A DNA stretch of 64,000 bases, taken from contig CAYNRK010000001.1 of the NCBI GenBank assembly GCA_964399675.1, positions 424-64,423 of the forward strand. The letters run 5' to 3'. This DNA comes from an uncultured Gammaproteobacteria bacterium (lineage in GTDB: Bacteria > Patescibacteriota > Patescibacteriia > UBA9934 > GWF2-40-263). Shown here piece by piece: positions 55,356 through 64,000 of the stretch (positions are counted from its first letter, which is position 1; each line of letters opens with the position of its first letter). The position numbers and the translations under genes were made by a program. The notes below the pieces were generated by a model. That model saw only the letters and a list, made by a program, of their open reading frames with translations. It was not told where the DNA came from and did not search any database.

Positions 55356-56441
55356 ATGAGCAAAAAAACTCCATGGTACAAAAAAGACGTTGGTGCTTTT
55401 TTGCCTCCGCGAACAGTTGATGTTGTTACCACAACACAAAATCTTTCTGTAATGCTTGATGCAGGGCTGACAGTTCCAGAGGCGCTTGATGTACTTCAGG
55501 AGCAATCAAGCGGATCTATTAAAAAAACCATTAAGCGAATTCATAAACGCATTCAATCAGGTGATGCGTTTGGTGACGCGCTCGAAACTGAATCAAAAGT
55601 GTTTAGTCCAATTTTTGTTAGTGCAGTTAAAATAGGTGAAACATCCGGTACTTTGGCGGAAAATTTAAAACAGGTTGCAACACAAATGCAGCATGATTTA
55701 AGAGTCAGACAAAACATTCAGTCAGCAATGTTTTATCCAATAATAGTTCTGGTTGCAACAATTGGTCTTGGTTTTGCAATTGCAACTTTTGTGCTACCTC
55801 AGATGATTGATGTTTTTGTGTCTTTAAATGTGGAGCTTCCTTGGACAACCCGCTTTTTGATTTTCCTTGCTCACCTTTTTGGTAATTACGGCCTTTTCAT
55901 TGCCCCTGCCACTATTGTTGGAGTTATCCTTGTTGTCATGTTTTTGAAACAAAAATTCATGCAGCGTTTTACTCATCCGTTGATTCTAGCTCTTCCCGGT
56001 GTTGGTACATTTTCAAAAGATGTGAACCGGGCTCGTTTTTGTAGGTCTCTTGGCACTCTATTAAAAAGCGGAGTTCCAATCCAAGAATCTTTGCAAATTG
56101 CTGCAGACAGTTTTCCAAATGTGGTTTATAAAAATTCAGTGAATAAAATGCACGAAATGATTGCCTCAGGTGAAAATTTTTCAACAATTATTGGTAATTA
56201 TCCAGATCTTTATCCAAAAATGATTCATAGAATGGTCGCTGTTGGAGAACAATCGGGCGGCATGCAGAGCTCGCTCTTGTATCTGGCTGTTTTTTACGAA
56301 AGAAAAGTTGAATATACTGCAAAGAATTTTTCCGCAATAATTGAACCGGTGCTTTTAGTATTTATTGGCCTTGCAGTAGCCTTTGTTGCACTATCAATTA
56401 TCTCACCAATATATTCTGTAACAGAAAGCCTTACTCTATAA
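55356..56441 (+). CDS. pilC: Type IV pilus / T2SS platform protein (GspF/PilC family)
   Basis: Two GspF-domain repeats, three TM helices, and the context between pilT and the pilins. Confidence 0.7.
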   Translation: MSKKTPWYKKDVGAFLPPRTVDVVTTTQNLSVMLDAGLTVPEALDVLQEQSSGSIKKTIKRIHKRIQSGDAFGDALETESKVFSPIFVSAVKIGETSGTLAENLKQVATQMQHDLRVRQNIQSAMFYPIIVLVATIGLGFAIATFVLPQMIDVFVSLNVELPWTTRFLIFLAHLFGNYGLFIAPATIVGVILVVMFLKQKFMQRFTHPLILALPGVGTFSKDVNRARFCRSLGTLLKSGVPIQESLQIAADSFPNVVYKNSVNKMHEMIASGENFSTIIGNYPDLYPKMIHRMVAVGEQSGGMQSSLLYLAVFYERKVEYTAKNFSAIIEPVLLVFIGLAVAFVALSIISPIYSVTESLTL

Positions 56442-56453
56442 GGTGTCTTCGAT

Positions 56454-56909
56454 ATGAATCAATCCGGATTTACATTAATCGAAGTTATTGTTGTCTTGTC
56501 AATCGTTGTTTTGTTAGCGGCTTTAAGCAGCGGCTTTGCAGGTATTGCTGTTCAACAAAACACACTACTTAACACATCTTCTGATGTAGTTGATACACTT
56601 CGTCGTGCACAATCACATACCATGAACGGTCAACAGGATGGTGTTTGGGGAGTGTATTTTACCTCAGACAGTTTTGTTTTATTTCTTGGGCCAACATACA
56701 TTGCTGAGGCTGATGACAATATTCCAACCGTGTTAAGCAGTAGCATGACAATTTCAAATATCTCTTTAAACGGCGGAGGGACTGATGTTTTGTTTGATGA
56801 CCCATATGGAGATACAGATGAATATGGTTCTTTATTAATTTCTGATGTAACCACATCTAAAACAAAAACCATAAGCATTAATGAAATGGGAATGGTGGAC
56901 ATGAATTAA
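56454..56909 (+). CDS. Minor pilin / pseudopilin (prepilin-type N-terminal cleavage/methylation domain)
   Basis: Class III signal 'MNQSG|FTLIEVIVVLSIVVLLAAL' with Glu at +5. Confidence 0.75.
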   Translation: MNQSGFTLIEVIVVLSIVVLLAALSSGFAGIAVQQNTLLNTSSDVVDTLRRAQSHTMNGQQDGVWGVYFTSDSFVLFLGPTYIAEADDNIPTVLSSSMTISNISLNGGGTDVLFDDPYGDTDEYGSLLISDVTTSKTKTISINEMGMVDMN

Positions 56910-56923
56910 GATAAGAGCATATT

Positions 56924-59071
56924 TTGTCATTTATCAAAAACACATCTGGTCAGTCACTTGTCGAGCTTATTGTGGCGCTTGCAATTTTTTCAATTGTAGT
57001 TTTGTCCGCAAGTTTAATTTTTTTAGATAACATCACCGCTCTTAAAGTTGGAAATGAACTAACAGAAGCAACCTCGCTTGTTCAAGAAGGACTTGATGCT
57101 TCGCGGAGTATTCGCGATAACAAGTTTTCCGATCTTTCAAACGGACCTCATGGTGTTACAAGAGCCTCTGGATATTGGGAGTTCTCTGGTTCAAGTGATA
57201 CAACCGGAATCTACACACGCGTTATAACAATTTCTGATGTAGAGCGGGATGAAGATGGGAATGTCGTTGCAAGCGACGGAACAGTTGATGTCAGGACAAA
57301 GAAAGTTTTATCATCAGTGAGTTGGGATTCTCGCGGATCCACTCGTTCAACATCAGCACTCAGTTATCTTACTGATTGGAATGTTTATGATTGGGCAGAG
57401 ACAAATGATACAGAGTTTGGTGCAGGGACGGTTTCAAGCACAAGCGTTACTGGTGTGGGTGCAGGTGCAAGTATTCAGCTCATAATTTCAACTGTGGAAG
57501 GGATAACACGTTGGGTGCCGGGAGGAGGCTCTTCATTTATTAATGATACAGACACAGATTTTGGAGCAGGGTCAACTTCAGATACTACAATTTTCGGGAC
57601 AAACATCTCAGCAGTTGTGCAACTCAGTACTGACTCTGGAGATTTTTATAATTCATCAGGCACTTTTATTTCACAAGTTTTTGATAGTGGTTCAGCAACA
57701 ACTGTTTGGAATACCCTGAACTGGGTAGAGAATAATTATCTATCAACTGATGTTACGTTTGCAACCAGAACCGGGAACTCTGCTGTACCAGATGCTGGAT
57801 GGACAGGGTGGAGTCCAGAGCTGATCGATCCAAATGGATCCTCAATCACTTCTTCAAACAATCAGTATTTGCAATATAGAATTACACTGACCACATCAGA
57901 TTCAACAGTGAGTCCAGCTGTTGACTTTGTAAGTATTGGATATGGAGATCCGGATATCTCCAGCAACTTATATGATTTACACATGACATCTGAACTTGAT
58001 GGAAGATCGGTTGGTTCTGGTGGCGAAGTTATGGGATTTGATCAAGATATTTGGACTGCATGGGGTTCTCCAACACCAAACGATTTATACGGAGTTCATC
58101 TTGTAGCAGCGAATGATGGCTGGGCTGTTGGTCAGTCCGGATATATTGCTCAGTGGGATGGTGCAACTTGGTCGTATTTTGATTCGCCAACATCAAATCA
58201 GCTTAATTCAGTTAGTCTTTCTTCAACTTCTGCTGGCTGGGCTGTTGGAGATGGTGGGGTGATTATTGAATGGGATGGTGTTGATTGGACAACCGCAAGT
58301 TCACCAACAGTAAATCAGCTTAATGCAATCTCAACAGTTTCTCCTTCTGATATATGGGCGGTTGGTGATAGTGGAACTATAATTCATTTCAATGGTTCTT
58401 CTTGGTTTGCCGTTTCGTCTCCAACAGCCGTAGATTTACGAGGTGTTTATATGGTCTCATCTTCTGATGGCTGGGCTGTTGGAAGCAATGGAAAAATTTT
58501 GAGATATTCCAATGGAGCCTGGTCAGTTCATTCAACGGTCTTTGGTGGATCTCAAAATTTGAACGGTATCTTTATGAATTCCGAATCTGATGGTTGGATA
58601 GTTGGAAACAGTGGTGGAATTTTAAACTATAATGGTTCAGCATGGCTTATTAAAGATTCACCAACCAGCACAAGTCTCCACTCTGTTTATACAAATTCTG
58701 AAACCAACGGTTGGATAGTCGGAGATTCAGGAATGTTCCTGTCTTTGTATTTAACTGAAATTAGCGGTTATGTTACAGACGGAACGTTTACTTCCCAGGT
58801 TCTTGATAGTGATTCTGCAGATACTGATTGGCAAACATTGTTTTGGAATGAAACACTTCCAACAGACACAGACATAACCGTGGCTGTTAGAAGTGGAAAC
58901 GCAGCTGTGCCGGATGCAACTTGGTCTGCGTTTTCCTCAGAGTATACAGATTCAAGTGGAATTGATATTTCATCTCAGGCTGGCAGGTATTTTCAATATC
59001 GAGCAACTTTGAGTACAACAAATGTTGCGGTAACTCCAGCTCTAGGAGATGTGGTTATAACATATAAATAG
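56924..59071 (+). CDS. 715-aa pilin-like protein: type IV pilin N-terminus fused to a Ycf48/BNR-like beta-propeller (candidate pilus-tip adhesin)
   Basis: 'TSGQ|SLVELIVALAIFSIVVLS' with Glu at +5. Approx 8 repeats of 'D.WAVG.SG.I..(W/F/Y)(D/N)G..W' (GWAVGQSGYIAQWDGATW, GWAVGDGGVIIEWDGVDW, IWAVGDSGTIIHFNGSSW, GWAVGSNGKILRYSNGAW, GWIVGNSGGILNYNGSAW ...) that resemble Ycf48/sialidase-like propeller blades. Confidence 0.55.
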   Translation: MSFIKNTSGQSLVELIVALAIFSIVVLSASLIFLDNITALKVGNELTEATSLVQEGLDASRSIRDNKFSDLSNGPHGVTRASGYWEFSGSSDTTGIYTRVITISDVERDEDGNVVASDGTVDVRTKKVLSSVSWDSRGSTRSTSALSYLTDWNVYDWAETNDTEFGAGTVSSTSVTGVGAGASIQLIISTVEGITRWVPGGGSSFINDTDTDFGAGSTSDTTIFGTNISAVVQLSTDSGDFYNSSGTFISQVFDSGSATTVWNTLNWVENNYLSTDVTFATRTGNSAVPDAGWTGWSPELIDPNGSSITSSNNQYLQYRITLTTSDSTVSPAVDFVSIGYGDPDISSNLYDLHMTSELDGRSVGSGGEVMGFDQDIWTAWGSPTPNDLYGVHLVAANDGWAVGQSGYIAQWDGATWSYFDSPTSNQLNSVSLSSTSAGWAVGDGGVIIEWDGVDWTTASSPTVNQLNAISTVSPSDIWAVGDSGTIIHFNGSSWFAVSSPTAVDLRGVYMVSSSDGWAVGSNGKILRYSNGAWSVHSTVFGGSQNLNGIFMNSESDGWIVGNSGGILNYNGSAWLIKDSPTSTSLHSVYTNSETNGWIVGDSGMFLSLYLTEISGYVTDGTFTSQVLDSDSADTDWQTLFWNETLPTDTDITVAVRSGNAAVPDATWSAFSSEYTDSSGIDISSQAGRYFQYRATLSTTNVAVTPALGDVVITYK

Positions 59072-59074
59072 TTT

Positions 59075-59584
59075 ATGAAAAACGGTTTTACACTTATTGG
59101 AATAATCATCTACATTGCAATTTTCTTTTTGTTTTTTGTGGCGCTTGTTCAGTTTTCGCAAAATATTGTGCTCACTGCGGAAAAGGCAAGAGTAATTCAC
59201 GAGGTTGAACAAAACGCACGCTTTGCTCTTGAACGAATCACTCGCGAAATCCAGTCAGCTGATGATGTGAATGTTGGAGCATCAACTTTTGAAAGTCATC
59301 CCGGGGTTCTTTCACTTGCTGATGACACACTTGCAAATGACCCAACAGTTTTTGATGTTAGTGACGGTAGGCTGAGAATCACAGAAGGAGCAGGGAGTCC
59401 AATACTTTTAACATCCAGCAAAGTCACAGTCACGAATTTGGTTTTTACTGATTTAAGTATTACAGATCGAACCAAAAATATTCATATTTCACTGACAGTT
59501 GAGCACGCCAATGCAGAGAGTATTACTTATACAACATCCATTTCAATTCAGAACTCAATTGTTATTCGCGAAGAAGAGGATTAA
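59075..59584 (+). CDS. Minor pilin-like protein (PilW/PilV-like)
   Basis: 'MKNG|FTLIGIIIYIAIFF', a prepilin-like hydrophobic N-terminus with Gly at +5. Confidence 0.55.
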   Translation: MKNGFTLIGIIIYIAIFFLFFVALVQFSQNIVLTAEKARVIHEVEQNARFALERITREIQSADDVNVGASTFESHPGVLSLADDTLANDPTVFDVSDGRLRITEGAGSPILLTSSKVTVTNLVFTDLSITDRTKNIHISLTVEHANAESITYTTSISIQNSIVIREEED

Positions 59585-59587
59585 TTT

Positions 59588-60001
59588 ATGAATCACCAAC
59601 TATTAAACAATAATCAGGGCGCAGCAGCACTTATTACAGTGATTGCTGTTATGGCAATTTTGTTTAGTTTGATTACTGTTGTTAGTAAGTTTAGTTTAAA
59701 TGGACTTGCGATTAACTTAGAATCAGATCAGTCACACAAGGCTTTGCAGATTGCAGAGGCCTGCGCAGAAGAATCAGCACTTCGTTTGAAACTTGATTCA
59801 AGTTATACTGGTGGAAGCCTAACGTTTGCTGTCGGAAGCTGTACTATTTCAATAAGCGGTGCTGGCACAACACGAACTGCAACAGTTGTTGCAACAGTTG
59901 GTCAAAACACAAGAGACGTTCAGGTAAATCTAACACTTGTCTCAAACATTTCTGCTACTGCAGAAGGGTTGAATTTTAGTAATTGGGAGGAGAAAAATTA
60001 G
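59588..60001 (+). CDS. Minor pilin-like protein (PilX-like)
   Basis: 'NNQG|AAALITVIAVMAILFSL' hydrophobic N-terminal helix, small size, and pilin-operon context. Confidence 0.45.
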   Translation: MNHQLLNNNQGAAALITVIAVMAILFSLITVVSKFSLNGLAINLESDQSHKALQIAEACAEESALRLKLDSSYTGGSLTFAVGSCTISISGAGTTRTATVVATVGQNTRDVQVNLTLVSNISATAEGLNFSNWEEKN

Positions 60002-60126
60002 GAGATTTTATCTAAAAAAGTTGTGGATACCATATTACAACCATAAAAGAATACGTGTTATACTTTAATTAACAAGAATCTGCAATTCTTTTAATACCAA
60101 AACAATTTTATTTAAAGATTGAATTT

Positions 60127-60660
60127 ATGAAAATTAATAAAACAAATCAACAAGGTTTTACTTTAATCGAACTTATCGTTGTGGTCGCTATTATCGCAAT
60201 TTTGGCAGCAGTGGTTTTTGTGGCACTTGATCCTGCTACCAGGTTTCAGGATGCAAGAGACGCTGTGCGCGACTCAGACGTAAATGAAGCATTAACGGCA
60301 GTAAAATTAGATCAAGTTGACAACGGAGGAACATATCTTGCTTCAATTGCTGGAATGACAGCAGGAGAAATTTACATGGCAGTGAATGGCGCTCTCATGG
60401 TAGCTGGTTGTGATGATAACAACGCAAGCTGTGATTCAAATGTTACAAGTGATACTCATTGTGTAAATGTGGCAGGTTTAATTTCTGAAGGTTATCTGCC
60501 AAGCATGCCAATAAGTCCAACCGGATCTATCACATGGGATGATGGTAATGCAGTAGGAGAAGAAGGTAGTGGATATACATTATCAAGATCAGCAACAGGG
60601 ATTATTACAGTGCGTGCATGTGAGTCTGAGAACACAACCGAAATTTCCGCTGCAAGATAA
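60127..60660 (+). CDS. pilA: Type IV major pilin, paralogue 1
   Basis: 'QQG|FTLIELIVVVAIIAILAAVVFVAL' (G-1, F+1, E+5). The C-terminal Cys pair 'CDDNNASCD...C...C' forms a disulfide loop. Confidence 0.8.
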   Translation: MKINKTNQQGFTLIELIVVVAIIAILAAVVFVALDPATRFQDARDAVRDSDVNEALTAVKLDQVDNGGTYLASIAGMTAGEIYMAVNGALMVAGCDDNNASCDSNVTSDTHCVNVAGLISEGYLPSMPISPTGSITWDDGNAVGEEGSGYTLSRSATGIITVRACESENTTEISAAR

Positions 60661-60687
60661 TTTTTATAAATTTAATTCAATATTATT

Positions 60688-61215
60688 ATGAAAACACAAA
60701 AAACACTTGGGTTTACATTAGTTGAGCTCTTGGTGGTCATTGCCATCATTGCCATTTTGGCTCTTGTCGTTTTTGTTGCTTTAGACCCGGCAACACGTTT
60801 CCAGGACGCTCGAGATTCTGTTCGGGCAACTGCTGTTGAGGAAATGCTCAGCGCTGTTAAATTGGATCAAGTTGACAATGGGGGAACATACCTTGCATCA
60901 ATTGCAGCAATGACCGCGGGTGAGACTTACATGGTGGTTAATGGTGCCCTAATGGTTGCTGGATGTGATGACAATAACGCAGCTTGTGACACAAATGTTA
61001 CAGGCGACGCGCATTGTGTAAACATTGCAGGACTTCTTACTGAAGGGTATGTGGCTGAAATGCCAATTAGCCCTGCCGGTACTATCACATGGGATGATGG
61101 TAACGCAGTTGGAGAAGAGGGTAGTGGATATACAATGTCACGTGATGCAACCGGTGTTATAACTGTTCGCGCTTGCGAATCAGAGAACACTACGGAAATT
61201 TCCGTTGCACGATAA
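60688..61215 (+). CDS. pilA: Type IV major pilin, paralogue 2 (approx 80% identical to paralogue 1 over the C-terminal 120 aa)
   Basis: 'TLG|FTLVELLVVIAIIAILALVVFVAL'. The C-terminus is nearly identical to the upstream gene (…ITWDDGNAVGEEGSGYT.SR.ATG.ITVRACESENTTEIS.AR). Confidence 0.8.
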   Translation: MKTQKTLGFTLVELLVVIAIIAILALVVFVALDPATRFQDARDSVRATAVEEMLSAVKLDQVDNGGTYLASIAAMTAGETYMVVNGALMVAGCDDNNAACDTNVTGDAHCVNIAGLLTEGYVAEMPISPAGTITWDDGNAVGEEGSGYTMSRDATGVITVRACESENTTEISVAR

Positions 61216-61337
61216 AAAAGTCAAAAAGGAAAAACACGGACCTTTATGCAATTATTGCAAAAGGATCCGTGTTGCTTTTTTATATGGTGGTTTTGAGATT
61301 TAATTGAAGAAATTGATCATTTGATGATTTATTTATT

Positions 61338-62687
61338 ATGGCAAAACCAAAAGACAAATTAGAGGGTAAAGAGGTTAAAGAAGTCCGAGAGGTGAAAGAT
61401 GTAAAAGAGGTAAAAAAGGGTGTTGATTCCAAAAAAATAAAGACAATCAATGTTCCTAAAAAAGCAGAGATTGAAGCAATGGTAACAAAGGCTGATTCCA
61501 AGAAAAAAGATGAAGGGGCTACTCGTCTTTTTGACAGCCTGTTTTTATTTGCACACAAAGCAAGAGCATCAGACATTCATTTTGAGCCGGGAAGAGCAGA
61601 GTGTCTTGTTAGATTGCGAATCGACGGAATCCTTCGGGATGAGTTTGTATTACCAGTGGCAGTGCACGCAAGACTAATCTCACTTTTAAAAATTCGAACT
61701 CACATGCGCACTGATGAGCATCGTGCGCCACAAGATGGAAGATATCAGTTTTCAACAAGTACAGGAGATGTTGATATCCGAGCATCAGTCATGCCGGTAT
61801 CAGATGGTGAAAAAGCAGTGCTCAGGCTTCTTTCTGCAGAGTCTCACAAATTAACTCTTGAGCAACTTGGGTTTTCTGAAAAAGATCATGCCAGTGTTGA
61901 AAAAGCTGTTAAAAAACCTTGGGGCATGATTCTTGCAACAGGTCCCACAGGAAGCGGAAAGACCACGACCATTTATGCAATTTTAGAAATTTTGAATAAG
62001 CGCGGAGTAAACATTTCAACAATTGAGGATCCGGTTGAGTTTTACATTCCAGGAGTAAATCAAAGCCAGGTAGATCGTGCTGCAAAATTAACATTTGCTT
62101 CCGGGCTTCGTACAATTGTTCGTCAGGATCCGGACATTATGATGGTTGGAGAAATTCGTGATGAAGAAACCGCAAAAATTGCAGTGAACGCAGCTCTGAC
62201 AGGCCACAAACTTCTTTCCACACTTCATACAAACAATGCCGCAACAACAATTCCACGACTTTTAGATATGAAAGTGGAGCCTTTTCTTCTTGCTTCAACA
62301 CTTATCGTATCTGTGGCACAGCGTTTAATGCGACGGGTTTGTACTGACTGCTGGTCAAGTGTGAAAATGACCAAAAAGGAAGCAGCGGATATTTTAGAAC
62401 CCGAAACCCTTGAGTCATTATTTGAAAAAAAATCAAGTGTTTCTGTTGCAAAAGTGAAAGGATGTAAATCGTGTGGGGAAACCGGTTATCATGGGCGGGT
62501 TGGAATTTTTGAGGTCTTGTCGGTAAACGAAGAAATTCAAAAACTTATTATCCAACGTGCAACAAGCGAAGAGATCAATGCAAAAGCAATTGAACAAGGT
62601 ATGACCTCACTTGCTGAAGATGGAATAAAAAAAGTTCTTTCTCTTGAAACAACTCTCGAAGAGTATCTTCGGGTAATGCAAGAATAA
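61338..62687 (+). CDS. pilB: Type IV pilus assembly ATPase PilB/GspE with a Lys/Glu-rich repetitive N-terminus
   Basis: 'ILATGPTGSGKTTTIYA' Walker A, 'MMVGEIRDEETA', 'GHKLLSTLHTNNA', and the tetracysteine 'CTDC...CKSC'. The N-terminus is 'KEVKEVREVKDVKEVKK'. Confidence 0.8.
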   Translation: MAKPKDKLEGKEVKEVREVKDVKEVKKGVDSKKIKTINVPKKAEIEAMVTKADSKKKDEGATRLFDSLFLFAHKARASDIHFEPGRAECLVRLRIDGILRDEFVLPVAVHARLISLLKIRTHMRTDEHRAPQDGRYQFSTSTGDVDIRASVMPVSDGEKAVLRLLSAESHKLTLEQLGFSEKDHASVEKAVKKPWGMILATGPTGSGKTTTIYAILEILNKRGVNISTIEDPVEFYIPGVNQSQVDRAAKLTFASGLRTIVRQDPDIMMVGEIRDEETAKIAVNAALTGHKLLSTLHTNNAATTIPRLLDMKVEPFLLASTLIVSVAQRLMRRVCTDCWSSVKMTKKEAADILEPETLESLFEKKSSVSVAKVKGCKSCGETGYHGRVGIFEVLSVNEEIQKLIIQRATSEEINAKAIEQGMTSLAEDGIKKVLSLETTLEEYLRVMQE

Positions 62688-62689
62688 AT

Positions 62690-63574
62690 ATGTTTAAGCA
62701 TCTCAAATTACGAGCAAAGTTCCTTCTCGGTTTTCTCATAATCATTTTTCTAACAGGCGTTGCTGCGATTTATAGCATCACAACTGTTCAACAAGCAAAT
62801 AGAAATTTTAGAGATTTTGATGAGTACACGCTTTCAAAAACAGATACTTTTGTTGATTTTAAGGATTTTCTTAACATGGCAATTATTAGCGCCTATGAAG
62901 ATTCTTTTGATACAGAAGCTGAATTTCAAACCAGAGAATTATTAAATGAAGCAGAATTTTCTTTGGGGAAATATTTGGAGTTTTTAGGCCATGCCAACGG
63001 AGCTGATTCTTTTATTAATCATAGATTGCAAGTTGCATTTTCTGAGGTTGAAGATGAAATTGAGCAGCTTCTTGAATTGCACAATCAAGGGGCTGATCAG
63101 GAAGTTGTTCTCGAGCAAATGAAACAACTACGCATTGCAAAAACAAGAGCAATGAATTCTGTTCATGGCGAGGTTGACAAATTATTGGAACAGGAACGTG
63201 AATATGAAAGGCGTGCAAATAAGCAATTTTTAGCAAGAGCAACAAAAGTAACAGTTGGGATTTCAGTTATTATAATGCTTTTGATTGTTCTTGTTTCGCT
63301 ATATCTTTCACGTTCACTGGCAGGCAGAATTCTAAAAGCCAGACAGCTTGCTCTTGATATTGCAAGTGGCCAATTGGGCAAAAAAGTGGTTGTTGATTCA
63401 AAAGACGAAATCGGGGATCTTGCACTGGCTTTGAATATAATGACCGATCGCTTAAAGGATTTTTATGAAAACATTGAGGGTATGGCACAGGAAAGAACAA
63501 AAGAATTGGAAGAAGCAAAAAAAGATCTTGAGAAAAAGGTAAAAGAGCGTACAAAAAAATTAGAGAAAAAATAA
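62690..63574 (+). CDS. Membrane protein with a HAMP domain and a coiled-coil C-terminus (sensor/chemoreceptor-like fragment)
   Basis: N-terminal TM, a periplasmic approx 150 aa, a second TM, then 'LSRSLAGRILKARQLALDIASGQLGKKVVVDSKDEIGDLALALNIMTDRLKDFY', which is a HAMP-like region. There is no kinase or MCP signalling domain before the stop. Confidence 0.5.
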   Translation: MFKHLKLRAKFLLGFLIIIFLTGVAAIYSITTVQQANRNFRDFDEYTLSKTDTFVDFKDFLNMAIISAYEDSFDTEAEFQTRELLNEAEFSLGKYLEFLGHANGADSFINHRLQVAFSEVEDEIEQLLELHNQGADQEVVLEQMKQLRIAKTRAMNSVHGEVDKLLEQEREYERRANKQFLARATKVTVGISVIIMLLIVLVSLYLSRSLAGRILKARQLALDIASGQLGKKVVVDSKDEIGDLALALNIMTDRLKDFYENIEGMAQERTKELEEAKKDLEKKVKERTKKLEKK

Positions 63575-63575
63575 G

Positions 63576-64000
63576 ATGGCAAACATAGAATCAAAACAAA
63601 AAATTTCTCTGGCAGGACTATGGAAACGAGTAAATGTAAGACTTTCTCACAAAGAACGTTTGATTTTTACTAAGTATCTATCGGTTCTGTTGCGTTCCGG
63701 ATTGGCCATTGATGAAGCTGTTGAGGTTCTTGGTGCACAATCAAAAGGGCCGCTTAAGAAAATTATTGCTGATGTCTCAAAAACACTTGCACGAGGAGAC
63801 ACGCTTGCTGATGGGCTATCAATTCACCCACAAGTCTTTTCCCCTGTGTACATTAATTTGATCGGAGCCGGTGAAGCATCCGGAACCCTTCAAGAAAATC
63901 TTGAGCATCTTGTTCACCAATTGCAAAAGGATTATGATCTTCGTCAGAAAGTTCGGGGAGCAATGATTTATCCAATGATCATTGTTGCAAGTGCGGTTTT
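63576..64000 (+). CDS. pilC: Second GspF/PilC-family platform protein. The 3' end is truncated by the window
   Basis: 'LFTKYLSVLLRSGLAIDEAVEVLG......GDTLADGLSIHPQVFSPVYINLIGAGEASGTLQENLE' is a canonical GspF domain. Confidence 0.65.
   Translation, partial: MANIESKQKISLAGLWKRVNVRLSHKERLIFTKYLSVLLRSGLAIDEAVEVLGAQSKGPLKKIIADVSKTLARGDTLADGLSIHPQVFSPVYINLIGAGEASGTLQENLEHLVHQLQKDYDLRQKVRGAMIYPMIIVASAV

Noticed and set aside
1-64000. CRISPR arrays, rRNA genes, integrases or transposases
   Set aside because: I saw no regularly spaced direct repeats with unique spacers, no rRNA-like conserved blocks, and no integrase (R…HxxR…Y) or DDE-transposase motifs. The only mobile-element-like features are the hairpin repeat families described above.

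Overview
Low-GC (about 40% by eye) bacterial chromosome segment. The gene content resembles a small-genome episymbiont (Patescibacteria/CPR-like): giant surface proteins, a type IV pilus locus and a minimal core of information-processing genes. I can only say this from gene content, not assign a lineage. Conserved core genes: rmuC (partial), a HAD hydrolase, a NUDIX hydrolase, ychF, asparaginase, a THUMP/Trm11-like RNA methyltransferase, rpsF-ssb-rpsR, a Fic protein, epmA-efp, recA, a rodZ-like gene, ftsK, rpoB-rpoC, ruvC, gpmI, an HD hydrolase, and six canonical tRNAs (Arg-CCT, Ala-CGC, Ala-GGC, Gly-TCC, Pro-TGG, plus one aberrant tRNA-like element). Accessory and unusual content: (1) a four-gene co-directional surface-protein operon (2826-18213) ending in a 3273-aa repeat protein; (2) five single-gene patches of clearly elevated GC that encode pyrF, a pyrE-like PRTase, pyrB, an M50 protease and a Zn-ribbon hypothetical, which looks like piecemeal foreign acquisition of the last steps of pyrimidine de novo synthesis; (3) a MITE-like family of long hairpin repeats with 16-bp TIRs (3 copies), each sitting just upstream of a translation-related gene or tRNA; (4) a second GC-rich hairpin family (2 copies); (5) a candidate approx 185-nt structured small RNA with its own promoter and terminator upstream of rpoB; (6) a type IV pilus cluster (pilT, two pilC, pilB, six pilin-like genes including a 715-aa pilin fused to a Ycf48-like beta-propeller, and tandem major-pilin paralogues). 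All homology calls come from motif recognition by eye. No searches were run.
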